Shown here: positions 58,074 through 64,000 of the stretch, piece by piece
Layout of the letters: every line of letters begins with the position of its first letter
Numbering within the stretch: the stretch's first letter is position 1
Source: an uncultured Chloroflexia bacterium
GTDB taxonomy: Bacteria; Chloroflexota; Dehalococcoidia; DSTF01; JACRBR01
DNA length: 64,000 nt
Reading direction: 5' to 3'
Assembly (NCBI GenBank): GCA_963840385.1
Contig: CAWIYS010000009.1
Span: forward strand, 189,087-253,086
Notes under the pieces: generated by a model
What the model was told of the DNA's origin: nothing
The model's input: only the letters and a program-made list of their open reading frames with translations
The model's database searches: none
Translations under genes and position numbers: made by a program

Positions 58074-59208
58074 ATGACCGAAATCGGCCGGCCCGACCCG
58101 GACGCGCTTCTCGCCCAGCTCAAGCGCGAGGAGCGCGCCGCCATCCGCGCGCGGCAGGCTGCGCGTCTTCCTCGGCGCGTTCCCCGGCGTCGGCAAGACC
58201 TACACGATGCTCAACGAGGCGCACCGCCGCCGCTCCTACGGCGAGGACGTCGTCGTCGGCTTCGTCGAGACGCACGGCCGCCGCGCCACGCAGGCGATGG
58301 TCGACGGGCTCGAGCTGCTGCCCCGCAAGCGCGTCGAGTACCGCGGCGTCATCGTCGAAGAGCTCGACGTCGACGCCGTGCTGCGACGCCGCCCCGCCGT
58401 CTGCCTGGTCGATGAGCTCGCCCACACGAACGCCCCCGGCTCCGAGCGCGAGAAACGCTACGAAGACGTCGAAGTCATCCTCGACGCCGGCATCAACGTC
58501 GTATCGACGTTGAACATCCAGCACCTCGAGAGCCTGAACGACCGCGTGCAGGCTCTCACCGGCATCCGCGTACGCGAGACCATCCCCGACCGCATCGTCG
58601 ACGACGCCGACGAAATCATCCTCATCGATCTCGTCGCCGGAGGGCGCGCGCGCGCGCATGGAGCACGGCCACATCTACCCGCCCGCGCAGGCCGCGGCCG
58701 CGCTCCAGAACTTCTTCAAGCCGCAGAACCTCGCCGCGCTGCGCGAGCTGGCGCTCCGCCGAACGGCGCAGGAGGTCGACGAGCAGCTCGAAGAGTACAT
58801 GCGCGAGTCCGCGCCAAGCAGCACGTCGAGGTCGAGGAGCACGTACTCGTCTTCATCGACGCGGGCACGTTCTCGCGCACGCTCATCCGGCGCGGCTGGC
58901 GGCTCGCGCAGGCGTTGCGGGCCGACCTGTACGTCGCCTACATCAAGCGCGAGCTGAGGATCCGGAGCAGACGGACCTCGCCCGCACGCTCGAGCTGGCC
59001 GAGGACCTCAACGCACGCGTCTTGCCCGCTCGAGGCTGGCGACGAGGCGCTCGCCCTGCGGGGGTTCATCGCCGCGCACGGCGTCAATCACCTGGTGCTG
59101 CCATACCGCCGCCGCGGCGGCTTCGCTCGCCTGCGGAAGCGTTCGCTCGCCGACCAGTTGATGCGGTCACTACCGAGCCTCGACGTGCTGCTCGTCGCCG
59201 AGCAGTAA
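58074..59208 (+). CDS. kdpD: KdpD N-terminal sensor module (P-loop KdpD domain + Usp-like) encoded as a separate gene. At least 4 frame disruptions.
   Basis: RVFLGAFPGVGKTYTMLNEAHRRRSYGEDVVVGFVETHGRRATQ is a Walker A motif. VCLVDELAHTNAPGSEREKRYEDVEVILDAGINVVSTLNIQHLESLND is the KdpD core. The Usp-like tail (HVLVFIDAGTFSRTLIRRGWRLAQALRADLYVAYI ... LVLPYRRRGGF) is spread over several frames. Confidence 0.65.
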
Positions 59209-59256
59209 CGCTACGAGCGCAGCCCCATCCCCCGACGGCCTTCGACCCACGGGCTA

Positions 59257-59285
59257 TTGACACTATTTAAGAAAAGTGAAACTAT
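59257..59285 (+). promoter_or_regulatory. Sigma70-like promoter candidate: TTGACA, 17-nt spacer, AACTAT
   Basis: An AT-rich patch (TTGACACTATTTAAGAAAAGTGAAACTAT) lies about 85 nt upstream of the SnoaL-like gene, in a 70% GC background. Confidence 0.35.
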
Positions 59286-59369
59286 CGCGCCCCGATAGAA
59301 CGCGATCCGCCGCGCCAGCTGGCGTGACGCGCAGGCAGCATTGGCCGCTGATGGCCAGGAGGGCACGAT

Positions 59370-59789
59370 ATGTCCGCAGCAGACATCGCTCGAGCAAGCA
59401 TGGACGCCTGGAACCGGCGGGACTTCGCCGCGATGCGCGGCCTGATGCACCGCGACTACAGCTACACCGGCGGCGATGGCCAGGAGCAGAAGGGCCAGGA
59501 CGCGGGCATCGCCGTCGCCGAGATGTTCGCCACGGCCTTCCCCGATGGCCGCATCGACATCGTGCGCGTGACCGAGACGGCGGACACGGCGATCGCGGAG
59601 TTCGTCGGCCGCGGCACGCACAGGGGCGACCTGATGGGCATCGCGCCCACCGGCAAGACGATCGCAATCCCCGTCTGCGACGTGATGGAGATCCGCGATG
59701 GCAAGATCTACCGCGAGCGCGAGTACATCGACTTCATGACGCTGATGGTCCAGCTCGGCGTCGCGCCGGCGCCTGTAGCTGTGGCGTAG
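59370..59789 (+). CDS. SnoaL-like / NTF2-fold ester-cyclase family protein
   Basis: MDAWNRRDFAAMRGLMHRDYSYTG...DVMEIRDGKIYREREYIDFMTLMVQLG matches the SnoaL polyketide cyclase-like fold signature. Confidence 0.65.
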   Translation: MSAADIARASMDAWNRRDFAAMRGLMHRDYSYTGGDGQEQKGQDAGIAVAEMFATAFPDGRIDIVRVTETADTAIAEFVGRGTHRGDLMGIAPTGKTIAIPVCDVMEIRDGKIYREREYIDFMTLMVQLGVAPAPVAVA

Positions 59790-59973
59790 CCTCGCCCGAT
59801 CGCCGGAGCCGGCGCCCCGTCGATCGCGCCGTGATGCGCGGTCCAGGACGCCGGCTCGCGGCGACGTGCGCCGGAACACGTTGTGCTGCTTCGAGACGAT
59901 GGGGGCGCTCAACTCGGCGCTCGCCACCAGGTCGGTGCCCGCGCACGGTCGCAAGCCCGGCGGGGCAGCGCGC

Positions 59974-61305
59974 CTATCCGGGGCGCTCGCGCCATTGCAC
60001 CTCGTGCAGCCGCACGGGCTCTTCGAAGCCCTTTAGCACCTCAGCACCGCGATCAATGAACTGAAATCCCTTTCCGGCGACGAGCGCGCGCACGACGTCC
60101 GAGACGATGATCTCCGTACCCCTGGCCCGGCCCATAATGCGAGCAGCCACCGTCACCGCCGTACCGAACAGGTCGTCGTCCTCGGCGATCGGCTCGCCCG
60201 CGTTCACGCCGACGCGCACGCGGATGGGCTCGGCCGCCGCCTCGTTCCGTGCGGCGAACGCCCGCTGCAGGTCGATTGCACACTCGACTGCATCGGTGGC
60301 GGAATCGAACGAGGCCATGAATCCGTCGCCCATGCTCTTGATCTCGGTGCCGGCGTGGGCGCGGAGCACCTCCCGCGTGACGCGTTCGTGGTCACGCAGC
60401 ACGGCGCGGCCCGCCTCGTCGCCGAGTCGGCGCAGCATTTCGGTGTGGCTTTCGATGTCGGTAAACAGGACCGCTCGCACGGCGGTGGGCCGCGCGCCGG
60501 GCCGCGCCGCAGCTGCCGTGTCGCCGAAGAACTCGCCGACGGCCGACAGGACGCTGTCGATCTCGCCCTGGCCGCCCTCGATCACGACCAGCCGCGAATT
60601 CGGGATGCCCATCGCCAGTTCGCGCCCGTCGTTCGCGCCGAGGAAGCGCGTCGCCTTGTGCTGCATGATCAGCGTCGGAGCTTCGACGCGCGGCAGGATT
60701 TCGGTGACGTCGACATCCTCGAACGCGCGCCCCATCCGCCGCGCCGCCTCGGGCGTCGTGCACGCGCGCAGATACTCACCGTACCGTCGCACGTCGTCGC
60801 CGCCGAGGCCGTGTGAGGCGAAGGCGACGTTCTCCGTCATCGCTTCCCAGTCGTCATACATCTGGGACACCGCGCGCACCTGCGGCCGGTCGGCGTACGT
60901 CCGTCCGTTGGCGAACGCGTCATCGAGGATCAGGTGCGACACGCGGTCCGGATGGCGCACCGCGTACGAGATCGCCAGCGCACCCGACGTGCCGATCCCG
61001 TGCAGTGCGAAGCTCGTCAGGCCGAGCGTATTGGCAACCGCATCGATGTCCCATTCACGCGCCTCGAGCGAGTAGTCGCCGACGTCGCGGTCAGACAGCC
61101 CGGTGCCGCGAGGGTCGAACGGTACGATCATCCGCGAGCGGCAGAGGCGCTCGAAGAACGTGCCCTGCCGCCACTCAAGCTGGCAATGGCTGTACGGCGC
61201 CCACGGCGCGCGGATGCACGGCAGCCCGTTGCCCGCCGTCGCGCAGGCGATGCGAACGCCGTCGGCGGCCACCGCGTAGCGCATGTTCAATTCCATGCCG
61301 GCCAT
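59974..61305 (-). CDS. Alpha/beta-hydrolase domain fused to a class III adenylate/guanylate cyclase (CHD) domain
   Basis: The N-terminal hydrolase fold has the nucleophile elbow GIGTSGA. The C-terminal part VLFTDIESHTEMLRRLGDEAG...IKSMGDGFMASFDSATDAVECA...VRVGVNAGEP is the nucleotidyl cyclase catalytic core. Confidence 0.75.
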   Translation of the reverse strand: MAGMELNMRYAVAADGVRIACATAGNGLPCIRAPWAPYSHCQLEWRQGTFFERLCRSRMIVPFDPRGTGLSDRDVGDYSLEAREWDIDAVANTLGLTSFALHGIGTSGALAISYAVRHPDRVSHLILDDAFANGRTYADRPQVRAVSQMYDDWEAMTENVAFASHGLGGDDVRRYGEYLRACTTPEAARRMGRAFEDVDVTEILPRVEAPTLIMQHKATRFLGANDGRELAMGIPNSRLVVIEGGQGEIDSVLSAVGEFFGDTAAAARPGARPTAVRAVLFTDIESHTEMLRRLGDEAGRAVLRDHERVTREVLRAHAGTEIKSMGDGFMASFDSATDAVECAIDLQRAFAARNEAAAEPIRVRVGVNAGEPIAEDDDLFGTAVTVAARIMGRARGTEIIVSDVVRALVAGKGFQFIDRGAEVLKGFEEPVRLHEVQWRERPG

Positions 61306-61404
61306 TGTACGCCAGCACGGTCGGGCGACGATGAGATCACATCTCGGCCGCTGGCAGCGCGCATCGGCGCGACGCTGAGTACGACCGCCGTCAGCGCCCG
61401 GGGC

Positions 61405-61908
61405 TCATTTCGATAGCGCCGCCCCGTCGAACTTGGCGCTCGCTGCCGCGTCCGCAACCTGCACGGTGCTGTTCGCCGTCTTCTCCGGCTGCTGCGCGGG
61501 CGGCGCGTAGATGCCGGCGCTCACCTGGTACGAGCCCTTCGGGAACACCGTCTTCGGCGTCGAGCCGCTACAGGGGTCGTTGCCCGCGGGCACGTCCGTC
61601 ATCGCGGTCTCGGGGACGGAGAAGCTGTCCGACGTGATCGGCAGGCACGCCCGCGCCAGCTGCGGGCCGCCGCCGGCGGCGCTGGCGGACACGAGCAGCA
61701 TTTTCCCCTTCTGCCCGACGATAGACCCCGAGACGCTGAGTGCGATGGTGCCGGGTGTCCCGGCGCTGGCCGCCGTTGGCGACACCGCGGGCGCCGGGCT
61801 CGGCGTCGACTTGCTGTCGCCGCCGCCGCAGGCGGCCGATATCGCCAGCGTAAGCGCGATTGTGGCCACCGCGGCGTGGCCTCGAAGGCATCCTGCCCAA
61901 CTCGTCAT
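61405..61908 (-). CDS. Hypothetical lipoprotein
   Basis: MTSWAGCLRGHAAVATIALTLAISAACGG carries a lipobox. An Ala/Pro/Ser-rich linker follows. Confidence 0.45.
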   Translation of the reverse strand: MTSWAGCLRGHAAVATIALTLAISAACGGGDSKSTPSPAPAVSPTAASAGTPGTIALSVSGSIVGQKGKMLLVSASAAGGGPQLARACLPITSDSFSVPETAMTDVPAGNDPCSGSTPKTVFPKGSYQVSAGIYAPPAQQPEKTANSTVQVADAAASAKFDGAALSK

Positions 61909-62587
61909 CCGAATGCTCCCTCCCTCCGCACCCGTTGACGCCAGGCAGATTCTACCACGATCACGAGCTCGAGCCACTCGATCCGATGCGCATCGTCGCG
62001 CGGGCATGTGCCCATCCACGGACTACTCGTGCGGCGCGATCAGCTCGCCGAGGAGCAGCGCGGCGAGCGCCAGCCCCAATAGCAGCGGCAGCAGCGCGAC
62101 GCCGCCGCGCTCGCGACGCCGCACGACGGCGATCGCCGCCACCACGGCGCCGCAGATGATCGCCGCGGTCGCGGGCGCCATCAGCAGCGCGAGCCACGGC
62201 GAGCCGCCTAGCCCGCCGGCGTTCGCGAGCAGCGTCGCCAGCACCGTCAGCACGACGCCCGCGCCGACCAGCGCCGCCGCGCGGCGCCCCAGCTCCGTCT
62301 GCGGCATCAGCGTGAATCGTGTCGAACGCCGCGCACCTCGATCGTCGCCCATGCGACGAGCGTACGGCCCGCGCGCGGCCGCCGCGACAGTACCGAACGG
62401 CGGACGCCGACGCGCGCGACGTCCACGCACGCTCGCCATCGAGCACATTTCGAGCACTGGTGACGCGAATCGCCCGCGCCGAGCCGTTCGGCCCGAGTCG
62501 CCGGTCGCGAGATTGGTGCATTTGACCCTTCCAACGCAAGTCCGCGCCCGCGTACGGTGCGGTGTGCCGCTGAGGATCACCTGGATC

Positions 62588-63224
62588 ATGCCGATGCTCG
62601 CGCTGGCGACGATGCTCGCCGGCGCCGCCTGCTCGTCGAACGCCGAGCCGGCGGTATCGACACCGGCACCGGCCGTGTCGACGCCGCTGCCGGGCAACCC
62701 GCAGGCGTTCGTGATGCTGCCGCCGCGAGCGCATCAGCGACTTCATGCTCATCGACCAGGACGGCCGCCAGTTCCGGCTCAGCGACACCGACGGCAACGT
62801 ACGCGTGCTGTACTTCGGCTACACCAGCTGCCCCGACATCTGCCCGACGACGGTCTGGAAGTGGAAGGACCATCAAGCGCAACCTCGGCCCCGCCGCCGA
62901 TGACGTGCGGTTCGTCATGGTGACGGTCGATCCCGAGGATCGACACGCCGCGACGTCATGAAGCGCTTCCTCGCGCTCTTCGACCCGTCGTTCATCGGCC
63001 TGACCGGCAGCACCCCCGACGTCTGGCACGTCGTGGCACCGCTTTCGGCGTCAACACCGAGGTCGTCGAGCTGTCCGGAAGCTACGCCGGACACTCCATC
63101 TCGCACAGCACGTCCATGTACGTGCTCGACGACGACGACATGTTGCGGCTGAAGATCCCGTTCTACGGAGAAGCCGGAGGATGCGGCGCAGGACATTCTT
63201 CTCCTGCTGAGCCGCATACCGTGA
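62588..63224 (+). CDS. SCO1/SenC-family copper chaperone lipoprotein (thioredoxin fold), frame disrupted
   Basis: The lipobox is MPMLALATMLAGAAC. The copper-binding motif is VLYFGYTSCPDICPTT. FVMVTVDPE..D and LRLKIPFYGE...DILLLLSRIP are also present. The parts lie in at least 3 frames. Confidence 0.6.
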
Positions 63225-63244
63225 ACCAGGGGAGGAGACACGTC

Positions 63245-63837
63245 ATGAAGAGATCGGGTCAAGATCGGCGGCGGATGCCTGATCGGAGCTGCCGCGCTGC
63301 TCGCCGCCAGCGCGTGCGGCGGCGACGGCAACGACGGCGGCAAGACCGCGACGGCGCCCGCCGCAGCCGCGTCGACCGCGCCAGCCGACGCGCGAGATCA
63401 GCGTCTCGGGCGCGTGGGCGCGCAACGCCGCAATGATGTCGACGCCGGCCGCCGGCATGGCCACGCCCGCCATGGGCGCGACGACGGCGATGGGCGCCAC
63501 GCCTGCGGGAGCATGGCGGCCGGCGCGCGCGGCGCGGCGTACATGGTGATCAAGAACACCGGCACCGGTCGACGACGCGCTCATCGGCGTCGAGAGCACG
63601 GTCGCGGCCGCAACGGAAGTCCACGAAACGGTAATGACCGGCGATACCGCGACGATGCGCCCCGTCCCGCGCGTCGAGCTGAAGTCCGGCGCCACGCTCG
63701 AGCTCAAGCCCGGCAGCTACCACATCATGTTCATCGGCCTGAAGCAGCCGCTACTGGCCGGCACGACGTTCGCACTGACGCTGAAGTTCGAGAAGGCCGG
63801 CTCGATCCCCGTCACCGTCGACGTGCGCGCGCAGTAG
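63245..63837 (+). CDS. PCu(A)C periplasmic copper chaperone (DUF461) lipoprotein, frame disrupted
   Basis: GGGGAGGAG is the RBS. MKRSGQIGGGCLIGAAALLAASAC (lipobox) is obtained by a frame switch. ISVSGAWAR lies in an alternate frame. The C-terminus is MTGDTATMRPVPRVELKSGATLELKPGSYHIMFIGLKQPLLAGTTFALTLKFEKAGSIPV. Confidence 0.6.
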
Positions 63838-63860
63838 CGGCGTCCGCGAATCATCACCTA

Positions 63861-63882
63861 GCGCGGGCTTTCCAGCCCGCGC
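63861..63882 (+). terminator. GC-rich hairpin GCGCGGGCT-ttcc-AGCCCGCGC, 24 nt after the PCu(A)C stop
   Basis: It has a perfect 9-bp stem and a 4-nt loop. No U-tract follows, as is common for high-GC genomes. Confidence 0.4.
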
Positions 63883-63898
63883 GATCCCCGGCCGAAGC

Positions 63899-63920
63899 GC
63901 TGACAGCTGATAGCTGACAC
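63899..63920 (+). repeat. Heptad repeat GCTGACA-GCTGATA-GCTGACA, the same unit as the GT4 paralog 2 leader
   Basis: It is a near-identical unit to the minus-sense sequence at 45165-45197. It is positioned as a likely 5' leader of a gene beyond the window end. Confidence 0.45.
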
Positions 63921-64000
63921 GCTACCCGTCCCGCCGCGCTCACGCCAACCCCCGGCGTCCGCGGCAGCACCCACCGGCTCGTCGCCGTCAAGCTCCAGCC

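Noticed and set aside
2540-63840. Calling the frameshifted genes pseudogenes, or a case of programmed frameshifting
   Set aside because: Essential proS and every kdp structural gene are affected. Disruptions are clustered in particular stretches while neighbouring operons are perfect. There is no slippery heptamer plus stimulatory structure at the junctions. Sequence error is the simpler explanation.
1-64000. CRISPR arrays, rRNA genes, transposases or integrases
   Set aside because: No tandem repeat-spacer structure is present. There are no rRNA-like conserved stretches. There are no DDE or tyrosine recombinase motifs in any frame. The only mobile-looking items are the tRNA-end repeats and the IVS-like cassette.

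Overview
This is a high-GC (about 70%) bacterial chromosomal segment with about 65 protein genes and no rRNA, CRISPR, transposase or integrase genes.

Main content, in order along the window:
- A heliorhodopsin with conserved retinal-binding residues.
- A secreted NHL-repeat protein.
- A bacterial eRF1/Pelota-like protein (baeRF) next to a PrmC/HemK-type methyltransferase.
- Housekeeping genes: CapA-like phosphatase, Dps, a phosphoribosyltransferase and prs.
- A lower-GC islet flanked by two tRNA 3'-end-like direct repeats, containing a cold-shock gene.
- An ArsR-linked seven-gene group 4 [NiFe] hydrogenase operon (Hyf/Ech-like).
- A minus-strand cluster of a flotillin/SPFH protein, a lipoprotein, a Pro-rich protein and a DinB-like gene.
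- A NarL-type two-component system beside a pentaheme cytochrome c, a cytochrome b and a 12-heme cytochrome c.
- A duplicated GT4 glycosyltransferase plus SAM-methyltransferase module. It is interrupted by a 23S-IVS-type four-helix-bundle gene bracketed by inverted heptad repeats.
- proS, a HepT/MntA toxin-antitoxin pair and a right-handed beta-helix protein.
- A rearranged kdp locus: kdpD kinase core, kdpE, an extra receiver, small peptides, kdpFABC and a separate KdpD N-terminal sensor gene.
- An alpha/beta-hydrolase fused to an adenylate cyclase domain.
- SCO1 and PCu(A)C copper chaperones.

At least 14 genes, including essential proS and all of kdpABC, carry clustered frameshifts. The hyf operon and the GT/MT cluster carry none. 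This pattern most likely reflects indel-type sequence errors rather than pseudogenes.
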